From Macrostomum lignano (lineage: Eukaryota): DNA of 64,000 bases. Each line of letters starts with the position of its first letter. Within the stretch, counting starts at the first letter, position 1. The stretch is from assembly GCA_002269645.1 (NCBI GenBank), contig NIVC01003237.1, positions 13,621 to 77,620 of the forward strand, given 5' to 3'. This document shows, one piece after another, positions 1 to 13,339 of this stretch. Below the pieces are notes generated by a model. The model did no database searches, was not told the origin of the DNA, and saw only the letters and a list, made by a program, of their open reading frames with translations. The translations under genes and the position numbers were made by a program.

Positions 1-365
1 TTCTGTAAATCTCAACCAGGTTACAGTCAAATTGAGTAGATTCTGTAAATCTCAACCAGGTTACAGTCAAATTGAGTAGATTCTGTAAATCTCAACCAGG
101 TTACAGTCAAATTGAGTAGATTCTGTAAATCTCAACCAGGTTACAGTCAAATTGAGTAGATTCTGTAAATCTCAACCAGATTACAGTCAAATTGAGTAGA
201 TTCTGTAAATCTCTCAACTAAATGACAGTCAAATTGAGTAGATTCTGTAAATCTCTCAACTAAATGACAGTCAAATTGAGTAGATTCTGTAAATCTCTTA
301 ACTAAATAACAGTCAAATTGAGAAAATCTGTAAATCTCTCAACCTGACTACACTCAAATTTATTA
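1..365. repeat. 40/42-bp tandem repeat (TTCTGTAAATCTCAACCAGGTTACAGTCAAATTGAGTAGA), decaying rightward; probably inside an upstream intron of the RING-CH gene
   Basis: Unit restarts at 1, 41, 81, 121 and 161, then continues as 42-bp variants. Confidence 0.95.
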
Positions 366-442
366 GATTCTTGCTGTAAAATTTTACCAGCTTATTATCA
401 ATAACTTCAGTAAAAATTGCTCAAACAAATGAAAACCCACAG

Positions 443-3400
443 GCCTGGATTCACCTCGAAGGTGAGGTTGAGCCAAAAAAGCTGGCCTGCGAAATCTGCG
501 GCAGCAAGTACAGGATGAAATCCAGGCGTTTTTTCCGGGTATGGACCGCCTTTGCTTGCTTGTGTCTGGGGACAGCAGTCATCACCCAGTTCAGTCACAC
601 TGCTCAGTCACCAGCCAGTTCAATCACACCCCAGTCACCAGCCAGTTCAGTCACACCCCAGTCACCACCCAGATCAGTCACTGCCCAGTCACCAGCCAGT
701 TCAGTCACACTGCCCAGTCACCAGCCAGTTCAGTCACACTGCCCAGTCACCAGCCAGTTCAGTCACACTGCCCAGTCACCAGCCAGTTCAGTCACACTGC
801 CCAGTCACCAGCCAGTTCAGTCACACTGCCCAGTCACCAGCCAGTTCAGTCACACTGCCCAGTCACCAGCCAGTTCAGTCACACTGCCCAGTCACCACCC
901 AGATCAGTCACTGCCCAGTCACCAGCCAGTTCAGTCACACTGCCCAGTCACCAGCCAGTTCAGTCACTGCCCAGTCACCAGCCAGTTCAGTCACACTGCC
1001 CAGTCACCAGCCAGTTCAGTCACACTGCCCAGTCACCAGCCAGTTCAGTCACACTGCCCAGTCACCAGCCAGTTCAGTCACACTGCCCAGTCACCAGCCA
1101 GTTCAGTCACACTACCCAGTCACCACCCAGATCAGTCACTGCCCAGTCACCACCCAGATCAGTCACTGCCCAGTCACCAGCCAGTTCAGTCACTGCCCAG
1201 TCACCAGCCAGTTCAGTCACACTGCCCAGTCACCAGCCAGTTCAGTCACACTGCCCAGTCACCAGCCAGTTCAGTCACACTACCCAGTCACCACCCAGAT
1301 CAGTCACTGCCCAGTCACCACCCAGATCAGTCACTGCCCAGTCACCAGCCAGTTCAGTCACACTGCCCAGTCACCACCCAGATCAGTCACTGCCCAGTCA
1401 CCAGCCAGATCAGTCACTGCCCAGTCACCAGCCAGTTCAGTCACACTGCCCAGTCACCACCCAGATCAGTCACTGCCCAGTCACCAGCCAGTTCAGTCAC
1501 TGCCCAGTCACCACCCAGATCAGTCACTGCCCAGTCACCAGCCAGTTCAGTCACACTGCCCAGTCACCAGCCAGTTCAGTCACACTGCCCAGTCACCACC
1601 CAGATCAGTCACTGCCCAGTCACCAGCCAGTTCAGTCACTGCCCAGTCACCAGCCAGTTCAGTCACACTGCCCAGTCACCAGCCAGTTCAGTCACACTGC
1701 CCAGTCACCACCCAGATCAGTCACTGCCCAGTCACCAGCCAGTTCAGTCACACTGCCCAGTCACCAGCCAGTTCAGTCACACTGCCCAGTCACCACCCAG
1801 ATCAGTCACTGCCCAGTCACCAGCCAGTTCAGTCACTGCCCAGTCACCAGCCAGTTCAGTCACACTGCCCAGTCACCAGCCAGTTCAGTCACACTGCCCA
1901 GTCACCACCCAGATCAGTCACTGCCCAGTCACCAGCCAGTTCAGTCACACTGCTCAGTCACCACCCAGATCAGTCACTGCCCAGTCACCAGCCAGTTCAG
2001 TCACTGCCCAGTCACCAGCCAGTTCAGTCACACTGCCCAGTCACCAGCCAGTTCAGTCACACTGCCCAGTCACCAGCCAGTTCAGTCACACTGCCCAGTC
2101 ACCAGCCAGTTCAGTCACACTACCCAGTCACCACCCAGATCAGTCACTGCCCAGTCACCACCCAGATCAGTCACTGCCCAGTCACCAGCCAGTTCAGTCA
2201 CACTGCCCAGTCACCACCCAGATCAGTCACTGCCCAGTCACCAGCCAGTTCAGTCACTGCCCAGTCACCAGCCAGTTCAGTCACACTGCCCAGTCACCAC
2301 CCAGATCAGTCACTGCCCAGTCACCAGCCAGTTCAGTCACACTGCCCAGTCACCAGCCAGTTCAGTCACACTGCCCAGTCACCACCCAGATCAGTCACTG
2401 CCCAGTCACCAGCCAGTTCAGTCACTGCCCAGTCACCAGCCAGTTCAGTCACACTGCCCAGTCACCAGCCAGTTCAGTCACACTGCCCAGTCACCAGCCA
2501 GTTCAGTCACACTGCCCAGTCACCAGCCAGTTCAGTCACACTACCCAGTCACCACCCAGATCAGTCACTGCCCAGTCACCACCCAGATCAGTCACTGCCC
2601 AGTCACCAGCCAGTTCAGTCACTGCCCAGTCACCAGCCAGTTCAGTCACACTGCCCAGTCACCAGCCAGTTCAGTCACACTGCCCAGTCACCAGCCAGTT
2701 CAGTCACACTACCCAGTCACCACCCAGATCAGTCACTGCCCAGTCACCACCCAGATCAGTCACTGCCCAGTCACCAGCCAGTTCAGTCACACTTCCCAGT
2801 CACCACCCAGATCAGTCACTGCCCAGTCACCAGCCAGTTCAGTCACTGCCCAGTCACCAGCCAGTTCAGTCACACTGCCCAGTCACCACCCAGATCAGTC
2901 ACTGCCCAGTCACCAGCCAGTTCAGTCACTGCCCAGTCACCACCCAGATCAGTCACTGCCCAGTCACCAGCCAGTTCAGTCACACTGCCCAGTCACCAGC
3001 CAGTTCAGTCACACTGCCCAGTCACCACCCAGATCAGTCACTGCCCAGTCACCAGCCAGTTCAGTCACTGCCCAGTCACCAGCCAGTTCAGTCACACTGC
3101 CCAGTCACCAGCCAGTTCAGTCACACTGCCCAGTCACCACCCAGATCAGTCACTGCCCAGTCACCAGCCAGTTCAGTCACTGCCCAGTCACCACCCAGAT
3201 CAGTCACTGCCCAGTCACCAGCCAGTTCAGTCACACTGCCCAGTCACCAGCCAGTTCAGTCACTGCCCAGTCACCACCCAGATCAGTCACTGCCCAGTCA
3301 CCAGCCAGTTCAGTCACACTGCCCAGTCACCAGCCAGTTCAGTCACACTGCCCAGTCACCAGCCAGTTCAGTCACACTACCCAGTCACCACCCAGATCAG

Positions 3401-3833
3401 TCACTGCCCAGTCACCAGCCAGTTCAGTCACTGCCCAGTCACCAGCCAGTTCAGTCACACTCTCACTCGCCCCTCAACCCCGCAGCCCCGCCTCGTGGTG
3501 AATCGAAAATCGCCCATCCTGGCTTTGATTTCGATCGCCCTGATCATGTTCGCCTGCGGCGCTGTGGCCTCAATGCTGAAATACTCGCATCTGCTAGACA
3601 AAACGCCGATGTCTGAGCTGCACATCTTCAATCCGGGTCTAATACTGAAGCTGCTGGGCCTGCTGCTGCTGTCCGTGTTCTGCTGCGCAGCCGTGCTGTG
3701 CCTGCTGTGCGCGGCTTTCTGCGCCGAGGACTCCCTGCTGAGCTGCGAGCTGACGCGTCGGGAGCTCCGACTAGTTGACCATCGGTGTCCTGCCGATCGT
3801 AGCGACGACACCGCTGACGTCATGGCCGTATGA
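443..3833 (+). CDS. 3' part of a MARCH-family (RING-CH + 2 TM) membrane E3 ubiquitin ligase; exons 443-538 and 3486-3833; earlier exons lie outside the window
   Basis: Exon 443-538 (cag| ... |gtatgg) encodes AWIHLEGEVEPKKLACEICGSKYRMKSRRFFR, the W..CEIC..Y end of a RING-CH finger. It joins in phase 0 to the acceptor at 3485 (ccccgcag|), giving PRLVVNRKSP and two hydrophobic helices (ILALISIALIMFACGAVASML; LILKLLGLLLLSVFCCAAVLCLLCAAF), with the stop at 3833. RING-CH followed by two TM helices is the MARCH architecture. Confidence 0.75.
576..3460. repeat. 2.9-kb intronic minisatellite of 27/29-bp variants (CAGTCACCAGCCAGTTCAGTCACACTGCC / CAGTCACCACCCAGATCAGTCACTGCC)
   Basis: Directly visible; fills almost all of intron 539-3485. 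Confidence 0.97.
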
Positions 3834-3960
3834 ATACGATTGCTTAGTGTGCTCACAGTGCTCACAGGATCATGCTTTACTAGGGCCTTGATCAAATTGA
3901 GAGATCGTTAATCTCCTTCGGTTTTGTTTCACCCATTTCTGAAGACATTCAATTCTGCAG

Positions 3961-4170
3961 GAGTGGGTTCTAGCCTAGAGCTTCGGACTCACAACTGAAA
4001 GGTCGGGGGTTCGTTTCTCGACTAAATCGGGACAATGTGTCCTTGAGCCTCTGCATTGGTTCAGTTCACCCAGCTGTTATGGATGCCAGCATTAGCTGGG
4101 GTAATTGTGGGTGTGTGGCGACCCCCCAGTCTTTCAGCTGGCGGTTGCCGCCCCAATAGGGCAGGTGTAA
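3961..4170 (+). mobile_element. Degenerate tRNA-derived SINE
   Basis: tRNA-like head (CGGACTCACAACTGAAAGGTCGGGGGTTCG, B-box-like) followed by TGTGTCCTTGAG and CAGTTCACCCAGCTG, motifs typical of invertebrate SINE bodies; no complete cloverleaf. Confidence 0.5.
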
Positions 4171-5382
4171 TCAGTAATCTTTAATCCTGCGTCTTGTAGC
4201 TCAGTTTTGTCTTCTTAAACAGTCAGTGAGTTGTCAATCAAGTTGATAGCTAAGCCGATCAATAACCATAATTTACTGGAGCAGCTACTGCCATAGAGGG
4301 TCGATCAATCATTGGCTAGCAATTTGACGATCATTATTCACATTTTTAATGCAGAACAATCCATTACTACAAGCAATGCATTGTCTGTAGGATCGTCAAA
4401 CAGAAAAACAATGCAAAGAATCAGCGGTCGCAGCACGTGACAACGATTTGTCTATGGCTCGCGCCTACCGGCGCTCGCCAGACAATCGTTGTCACGCACT
4501 GGGACCGCTGATTATTTATCCATTGGCAATCAATAGGGGATAGCATAGATAATAAAATTTTTAGTATCTGTGGGGGATAGTTTCATAAAAAATAAATATT
4601 TATGGCCAAATTAATGGCTCAAGGCCAAATCAAGTCGTGAGCAAACGCACTCTTTGGCACAGTATATTCTGTGCTCTTTGGTTCTGAAAATATTAAAAGA
4701 ACAATCATTGAATTAAAAAGGCGCTCATATTTTTACATTTTCGTTATTTGAGATCATGTGCTACAAGAAACAGCGTTTTAACAATTTTTTACTAAAATGT
4801 TTAGTAGACTACTGCTGCAAGACAATAAGTAGTGCAGTAAGTAAGTACTGTATGATATAGTTTTTTTTCAAATTTTTAAAAATCCTGGTTTTTCAGTGTC
4901 AGTTTCGTTTCATGCTTTCAGTTAATAAAAAACATATCAATCCTTTGTCTATGTACATACATATGACCATATTTTGGCATTCACTAGCTTGCTACCCCAA
5001 CGGTGCCAAAGTTATGGGTGCCAATGATTCTCTATACTTTTTATGCACAACTATTTTTATAGCATTTAAATATGATTAAAATACCCGTGAGAATGCTGCT
5101 GCGTGTACTAAAAGTAGGACCCAGCAGATTCAAGCAATGATTACTGTTGTTTTCATTTTTTAAATTCAGATTTTTACTTACGATTCTTTTGGAGTGAAAA
5201 TATTTGCTTTAAACTGGCCACTAGGGCATTAGTGCCGATGCGAGCGCCATACTGAAGCACGGGCCGCCAGCAAGGGGCGCTAGCTTGGGAAGAGTACATA
5301 CGGGAAGAGTACGGCTATCAAAAGTCCCAAACATGGGTTCGATTTTTAAAAAACTTTCTGCACAAGAAGGACCCATTATTTC

Positions 5383-5925
5383 GCTATCTAGGGGGCGCCA
5401 GAGATAAACACGGAGCGCTATTTAGGGGGCGCCAGAGAGGAGCACGGAGCGCTATTTAGGGGGCGCCACAGGAGCATGCACGGAGCGCTATCTCGGGGCG
5501 CCACAGGAGCATGCGCGAAGCGCTATCCAGAGGGCGCCACGGGAGCTGAGGAGCATGCACGGAGCGCTATCTAAGGGGCGCCACAGGAGCTGAGGAGCAT
5601 GCACGGAGCGCTATCTAAGGGGCGCCACAGGAGCTGAGGAGCATGCACGGAGCGCTATCTAAGGGGCGCCACAGGAGCTGAGGAGCATGCACGGAGCGCT
5701 ATCTAAGGGGCGCCACAGGAGCTGAGAGCATGCACGGAGCGCTATCTAAGGGGCGCCACAGGAGCTGAGGAGCATGCACGGAGCGCTATCTAAGGGGCGC
5801 CACAGGAGCTGAGGAGCATGCACGGAGCGCTATCTAAGGGGCGCCACAGGAGCATGCACGAAGCGCTATCTAGGGGGCGCCAGAAAGGAGCACGGAGCGC
5901 TATCTAGAGGGGCGTCAGGGACCAC
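5383..5925. repeat. GC-rich 44-bp minisatellite (GAGCATGCACGGAGCGCTATCTAAGGGGCGCCACAGGAGCTGAG)
   Basis: Period 44 (e.g. 5551 and 5595); degenerate at both ends. Confidence 0.93.
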
Positions 5926-7974
5926 AAAGCAGCTAGATACAACCCCTAGATATAAGTCTACGGGTTAGAGACCATTAGAGGTTCAAGGCGCCAGACCAGT
6001 GCACACAGCTGCTGTTCTTCATCAATCTGCATCAAATATAGCGCAGCTTCAGAGCTTATCAATCGACTCTTTCACGGTTCGCAGGCCCAAGTAAAACTTT
6101 CCCCAATTTTAACTGAGTGATTGATTTTTTTGTATTTTTCAAGGAAGAAAAGCTAAAAAAAGAGCTGTCATCATATCATCATCACCTATCGAAATTAGCA
6201 TAATTCATTGAAAAACTCCGACATGAATAATTCATCAGCAACTCAATCGAAGTGCTCAGAAAGTCTAATTCAAACTTCCGGCTTGGAGTTGGAGTAGGTG
6301 ATGATGGAGCTGTGAGCCTGGCGGCTGACGCAAATGTGCTAATACATGTAAAACTATACCCCTGCCCAATACTTCCAAAGAATTTTCTTTTTATTCAAAG
6401 CCAAAAAGCAATGGGATGCCAGGGATAAATTGCCGGGGTGACGTCACGCATGGGGCAAGAATGAGCAGACAAAATTCGAGGTGCAAATGTCAGATCTCCG
6501 AGCTGGCAACCCCCCCCCCGAAATCGCTCTCTGCTCCAACAACCGCACCCGACAGCTCAGGATTTGAGCATCGAACACGTCGATCTTGATTTCCAGCTGA
6601 CTCCCCTCTATCATCATCCAGTCTCGCTGTGAAATGAAATTTGAGTCGCCGCACTTATCCGAGTTGAATGCCAGGGGGATTGGGGCGGGGGGTCGGGAGC
6701 GATCAGCTGACTCTGGCGCAACCTTTGGCTGTGGGATATAGATAGGCGGCCCTGTGTGAGGCCTCCGGCGCCTCCCCACAGTCTCTCAAGTCCTGCAGCC
6801 CTGCCGGGTGACTCAGCGCCCCTGTTCTCAAATGAGGAGTGGAAGGTTGGGGATCTGGGATATTATATAGGAGCGGCCTAGACGCCCCCTTCCATCATCA
6901 CACATCCATTTAGCAATCCAGCCTCCCGCGCCCCCGCCTCATCGAAAGCGTTTTTGTCTCCGGGCGTCGAGCGCCCCCTGCCTCCGTCAAAGCCCCTTGC
7001 TTCCATTCCTTGCGCATTCAGCCTGAATGGAGAATAATGGGGGATTTCTATTAAGCTCTCCCCATCTCTCTGCAGCCGGGGGTTGCGTGCTCAGCAGACC
7101 CATATTATGGATTTGGAAATCGAGGCAAAAACTGGGAAGGCAAAACTATTCAAGCCCGAAGCTGGTCCATTCTTTTTTCTAAATTCCTTGGCTTTTTTAT
7201 TCAATCCTGCCCCGGTACACTTGGCCAGCTGGGACCATTGTTGAGCGGCAGGCGAATGGTTTTCAATGGCTGCAAGGGCCTCTATATATGAAGTTGTCAG
7301 TCCTTATGGAACAATGAAGTCCTTAAACAGCACGCAGTCTTCATCTCACGGGGACTCTAGGATGAATCATTGTTAGATTTATCTTATATAGTTTTGCAGC
7401 AAAAGGAATCGTTATAATAGAGAAAAGTGGCCTTTGTCACATGTCACTGGTCGGTTTGGACCATAGACATTGATGGATTGGAGGTCCCGAGTGTGCCGAC
7501 TGTGTATTTTAGCTGCATGGCGCAGGAAGTTTCTGTTAGGCAAGGCATTGGTCTGCCTTCATTTGGATGTTTTTCTCACGGAAACTTGTGCCAGAGAAGG
7601 GAACTGCCTGTTGGGGGGCTATACAGGTATCATGCTGCTTGGGACACTTCCTCCTCGGCCCCCCACTTGTTCAAACACAAGTGTGTCTCCCTACTTTGGA
7701 ACACGATAGCGCTAGCTACAGCAGGCAGAGAAAACGTATCAGATAGTTGTAATCGGAGTACTTACTGGTAGGCTACGTTGCAGGAACTGTTATTAGCAAT
7801 AATTAGTTGTTTAAAAATAGCGTTGCTATGCCCAAGCTTCACATCCGCATCTAATCAGCGCTATTCATTTGATCCGAAATTATTCAGGACTGAGATTGCT
7901 TTCAGTTTGAAACTGGACTGGCTGGTTACAGCAGGCCAACAACACACAGCTTTGCATTGTTGCATGGACTCCTG

Positions 7975-8885
7975 AGAAGGAGAGTAGGGTAGGGAGGAAA
8001 GAGAGGAGTAGGGGAGAGAGAAAGAAGGAACAGGGAGACACGGAGAGAGAGAGAGAGAGAGAGGATAGAGCAAGGACAACTAGACTTGACTAGATATAAC
8101 GAAGTGTTCCTAATGGTCCTTGGGATAGAGATAGAGAAAGAAAAGAGAGGAGAGAGGGAGAGAGGGAAGGGATGAAGATGGAGAGAGTGAAGAGATGGAG
8201 AGGGAGAGAGGAAAGGGATGGAGATGGAGAGAGTGAAGAGATGGAGAGGGAGAGAGGAAAGAGATGGAGATAGAGAGAATGAAGAGATGGAGAGGGAGAG
8301 AGGAAAGAGATGGAGATGGAGAGAATGAAGAGATGGAGAGGGAGAGAGGAAAGGGATGGAGATGGAGAGAATGAAGAGATGGAGAGGGAGAGAGGAAAGA
8401 GATGGAGATGGAGAGAGTGAAGAGATGGAGAGGGAGAGAGGAAAGGGATGGAGATGGAGAGAATGAAGAGATGGGAGGGAGAGAGGAAAGGGATGGAGAT
8501 GGAGAGAATGAAGAGATGGAGAGGGAGAGAGGAAAGGGATGGAGATGGAGAGAGTGAAGACAGGGAAGAGGGAGAGAGGGAAGGGATGGCGATGGAGAGA
8601 ATGAAGAGATGGAGAGGGAGAGAGGGAAGAAGGAGAGATTGAGAGAAAAGAAATGGGGGGAGAATAAGAGGGGAGAGAGTGAGATGATAGATGAGATGCG
8701 AGAAAAAGAGCGGGAAGAGTGGGAAAAGGAGAGAGAGAGTGAGAGAGAGAGGGAGAGAGAGAGAGGGAGAGAGAGAGGGAGAGAGAGAGAGAGAGGAGAG
8801 AGAGGGAGAGAGAGAGAGTGAGAGTGAGAGAGAGAGAGGGAGAGAGAGAGAGGGAGAGAGAGGGAGAGAGAGAGAGAGAGAGAGA
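7975..8885. repeat. Polypurine tract: ~46-bp GA-rich minisatellite grading into (GA)n
   Basis: Almost entirely G/A; recurring unit GAGAGAGGAAAGGGATGGAGATGGAGAGAATGAAGAGATGGAGAGG. Confidence 0.93.
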
Positions 8886-11061
8886 CTGAGCAGGAGGCGG
8901 GAGTGCGTCAGCAGCCTGAAGCACCGAGCACCAACGCAATGGAACAGCGAGTGCCAACGCTGGGGTAGCGCGAGAGTCGCATATTAAAAGCCCCCAGCTT
9001 TTGAAATTTAACAATTGCGCCTCAGGCGGAGGCAGGCATAGTCGGAGGCCCGGATCCAGAGTCAGCTCAAGCGCCTAGGAGTGAAGGCAGGGGGGGGAAG
9101 GGCGCCCCATGGCGCCTTGTCACAACTGCAACCTCCTCACAAATTCCAATAGCTTAGCCGATGCCCCAATTCAAAGGCTTCCTTCTCCCATTATCCCGTA
9201 ATTAGGGAAGGGGCTTTGGTTGAGTTGGCGAGCGAGGGCTTCAGGATGCGGGGGAGCGGCTTGAGCACTCCCAGTGAGAGAAGAACTGGGTCAGAAAATT
9301 GCTGATGAGACGGACGACGCAACCAAAGGCTGCGCAACTCCGAGAGCACACAGTCATGCAATTTGTTTGGGGATCCACGCCGGACACCTGGGGGGGGGGG
9401 GGGTAGGGAGGGGAGGGCTGAGCCGGCAGAGGGGGTTCGGGGAATTCCAGTCAGAAAAAATCCCAGCCCCCACGCAGCCCGGGTCCCTCCTGACGCTGCA
9501 GATCGTGAGTCAACCAGCTGTTGTGACAGGACTCCAAAGTCTTCAGCTCCAGATGGAGGATCGGAGCTTTGGAAAGCGGCCCCGCCTGAGGGTCGAGCCA
9601 CCTGGGGGAGGATTTCTCAAGCACACACGCACGCATAGCATTGAGTCGGCTGGGGGGGGGGGTGAGGGCAGGGTTCTCTGTTCCCCTTGTCAGGCAAAGC
9701 TGCCTCCGGAGCCGCTCCGCTCCGCTAAGCTAAGCCTCCATATGTCCGCTGGGGGGAAACCGGGGGAGGGCGCCCCACCACCACTGCTCTCCCTGCCTGT
9801 CCCTGCCAGGGCCATGGGGCTGTCAACTCAGGAATGGGGCCTTTACTAAATCGGATACTCCAGTGAGTCAGTCAGCTGGACGCCTCGGGTTAGAAATCTG
9901 GACTGGACGGTCATTTTCTAGACATCTTTTAGTTTAGAATCAGGGACGTCTCGGGTTATAAATCTGGAAGGTCATATTCTTTCATTCATTTTCTCTCTTT
10001 GAGGTCCTCGGGTCGGGTCCTCTAAAACTTCACTATTAGCAATCCGACCGTTCAAGGTTTGCGTCTCTTCTCAGGTCTCTTCTGTCTTCTCTCCCATCTT
10101 CTCTCACTTATCTCTCATCTCTTCTCTCATCACATCCTTCCTGTTATCTCCTCTCTCACCTTTTGCTCTCTTCTCTTCTCGCTTCTCCTAATCTCTCATC
10201 TCTATTCCAACTTCTTTCCTCTCTCAACTGGCCCCGCGCTAGTGAGGCATGAGCTAGATTATTTATCTGACCCTTGAAGTAAAAAAAACTTTTTTGGGGA
10301 AAAACTTCCCCTGACCAGGTGCACGAGGTTGCAGTGTGTGTGTGTGTATGTGTGTTCTCCTTTTCCGCTTCCTGCCTGCGCACGGCTTCGGGGATTTTTC
10401 TCATTGTTTTGTTGAAGTTTTGAAGGCTCGAAGGCTGGCTGTGTGTTGATAAAACTGGCCCAATTTGTTTGCAGGCCCATCATCATGTCGGCTCACAGCC
10501 AGTGCAGACCAGGTGAGGCAACAGCAAACACGTCATGCCTATATACACATAGCTATACTCGTAAGTGTCGAATCGGGCTTGGTAACGGCATAGCAACCCG
10601 AAATCCACAATGGCATGAGCTCCCATATCATTGATACCTTAGCTTCATCCAATCCCTCTGTTGAAACAGGAATCTTATATTATATCCACATAATATCCCA
10701 ATTTATTGTCCCAGCTCAAACTGAAACCCCGACCCCCTCTGTGCAGCCAGCAAGCAAGGACCCCCAGCAACTCGTCCCAGGTGCTTTTGTGCGTGCGTGC
10801 TTCAGCTTTATCCCCTGATATCAGCTGGGGTTCCCATGCAAGTATCTATAGATAGATAGCTATAGGCAAACAAATGTGTTGCAAGCAGTGTATTCTGCCG
10901 GCTTGAACATGATAGAATATAGATAATGTATACAGTACATGCTTATTCTAATTAGCTGGCTGTGTGAGTTATCCAGAGCTCCATAGAGTCTCTAATGATT
11001 TCGAATGAATAGCATATAGTCATATTCACACTGATGCCGATGTAATATGGCACCTCGCAGA

Positions 11062-11977
11062 TCCAATAGCGCACCGCCTCAGATCCAAAATGACAACCCG
11101 TATATCCAAAATGGCTCCTACTCAGACCCAAAATGGTTCCACTCAGACCCAAAATGGCTCTACTCAGATCCAAAATGGCTCCTACTCAGACTCAAAATGG
11201 CTCTACTCAGATCCAAAATGGCTCCTACTCAGACTCAAAATGGCTCTACTCAGATCCAAAATGGCTCCTACTCAGACCCAAAATGGCTCCTACTCAGACC
11301 CAAAATGGCTCCTAATCAGACCCAAAATGGCTCCTACTCAGATCCAAAATGGCTCTACTCAGATCCAAAATGGCTCTACTCAGACCCAAAATGGCTCCTA
11401 CTCAGACCCAAAATGGCTCTACTCAGATCCAAAATGGCTCTACTCAGATCCAAAATGGCTCCTACTCAGACCCAAAATGGCTCCTACTCAGACCCAAAAT
11501 GGCTCCTACTCAGACCCAAAATGGCTCCTACTCAGATCCAAAATGGCTCTACTCAGATCCAAAATGGCTCTACTCAGACCCAAAATGGCTCTACTCAGAT
11601 CCAAAATGGCTCCTACTCAGACCCAAAATAGCTCCTACTCAGATCCAAAATGGCTCTACTCAGATCCAAAATGGCTCCTACTCAGATCCAAAATGGCTCC
11701 TACTCAGACTCAAAATGGCTCTACTCAGATCCAAAATGGCTCCTACTCAGACCCAAAATGGCTCCTACTCAGACCCAAAATAGCTCCTACTCAGATCCAA
11801 AATGGCTCCTACTCAGACTCAAAATGGCTCTACTCAGATCCAAAATGGCTCTACTCAGATCCAAAATGGCTCCTACTCAGACCCAAAATGGCTCCTACTC
11901 AGATCCAAAATGGCTCTACTCAGATCCAAAATGGCTCCTACTCAGATCCAAAATGGCTCTACTCAGACCCAAAATAG
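11062..11977. repeat. 21/22-bp minisatellite (CTCAGACCCAAAATGGCTCCTA / CTCAGATCCAAAATGGCTCTA)
   Basis: Directly visible; explains the repetitive ORFs at 11047-12071. Confidence 0.96.
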
Positions 11978-13185
11978 CGTTTTTAAGAAGATGCGGCTGC
12001 CAGATCTCACGCAAAAACCTCTCATGGTGCTTCCCATGAATTTTGCACCCATTCTTATCTATCAATTTTGAGTTCCTATTCTTAGTGCAGAAGAAATTTC
12101 CGTTTCAGAAATCGCTTTGGAAAGCAAATGTTGAGTAATGAATCCAGAGCTCAGTGACTCACGCCAGCGCTAAGAAGAGAAGATCCCCACCAGAAATTTG
12201 CTTTGGCTTTGTGAAGCAGCTTTTCATAAGACCAGTATACTACGAGCGCATATTATAGTTATAATTCTACTAGTAATATAGTTCTAGTTCTTAGTTATAG
12301 TAGTTCTAAATTATATTTATACTATAGTATAATTTATTATAGTATATTTAGTTGTACGAGTAGAGAAGCGAAACCTTTGGCCCTCTTCCCCTGCCTCGTT
12401 CACCACTTCAGTCCTGCAGGCGTGGGGGTGGGTATGTTGGAGACAGATGAGGATCTGACCAAAAATGAAGGAAAGGCCTGCAGGATCTTTTCCGCAGCAA
12501 GGGTCTGAGAAGCATTTGAGAAGCATTGGGATAGGGGAGAGGTGAGAGAGATAAAGGAAGGAAGGGGCCAGGGGTTCCCAGGCCCAGTTCCCAGCGAGCC
12601 GAGCAGTTCTTCACCCACGCCCGATGACTCAGACGGACTTGACCGGGACGGTGGGGGTTGGGGGGCTTCACAATCCTGCTTTGGCATTTACCATGCTGTG
12701 TGTTGTTTAGCATGCAGAAATACTGCACTCAGTCAAAAGGCATACTAGTCAGTCAACTCAGTCAACTGACATGATGATGAGTGCATGATGATGATAAGTT
12801 GAGAGCGGACAGATGGCGTAGAAGTATGCATACCGGGTGAAACTCAGCTGCATCACGGAGCTGGTGGCATTAAATGATCTAGGAAATTTGGTCTAAGATG
12901 CCTATCACCTATTTCTCTATATCCACATACAGAATAGCACTCAAGGATGAGATGATTGCAAACATAAGCTCGGGCTGAGTGAGCGCATCTGAGAGTTTGT
13001 TCAAAACAAACGATGATGTCCGATAAAATAAAATTTACGATTTCTATACATAAGAGGTCACAATCTCAATGACAGATTTTGCAGTCTGTGTATATTCTTG
13101 TTGACTTTTACGAGTATATTTCAAAGTGATGGTCTGCATCTGCACTTGAGCGATGCTTTCTATTGCTTGTAGACTCATTTTAGCG

Positions 13186-13315
13186 CCGCAAGCCCTCATT
13201 TTAGCGCCGCAAGCCCTCATTTTAGCGCCGCAAGCCCTCATTTTAGCGCCGCAAGCCCTCATTTTAGCGCCACAAGCCCTCATTTTAGCGCTGCGGACAC
13301 TCATTTTAGCGCCAC
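13186..13315. repeat. 21-bp tandem repeat (CTCATTTTAGCGCCGCAAGCC), about 6 copies
   Basis: Directly visible. Confidence 0.9.
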
Positions 13316-13339
13316 ACTCATTGTTCTAGCGACATAAAG

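Noticed and set aside
515-3833. Three ~1000-aa ORFs in all forward frames
   Set aside because: Produced by a stop-free minisatellite; only the ends correspond to real exons.
6444-6779. 111-aa minus-strand ORF and neighbouring GC-rich ORFs at 7427-7771 and 9191-9849
   Set aside because: No recognisable domain, most use non-ATG starts, and no convincing splice chain.
12440-12510. EGKACRIF resembling the CRIC start of a RING-CH domain
   Set aside because: The second Cys is absent, a stop follows, and it lies downstream of the MARCH gene's stop codon.
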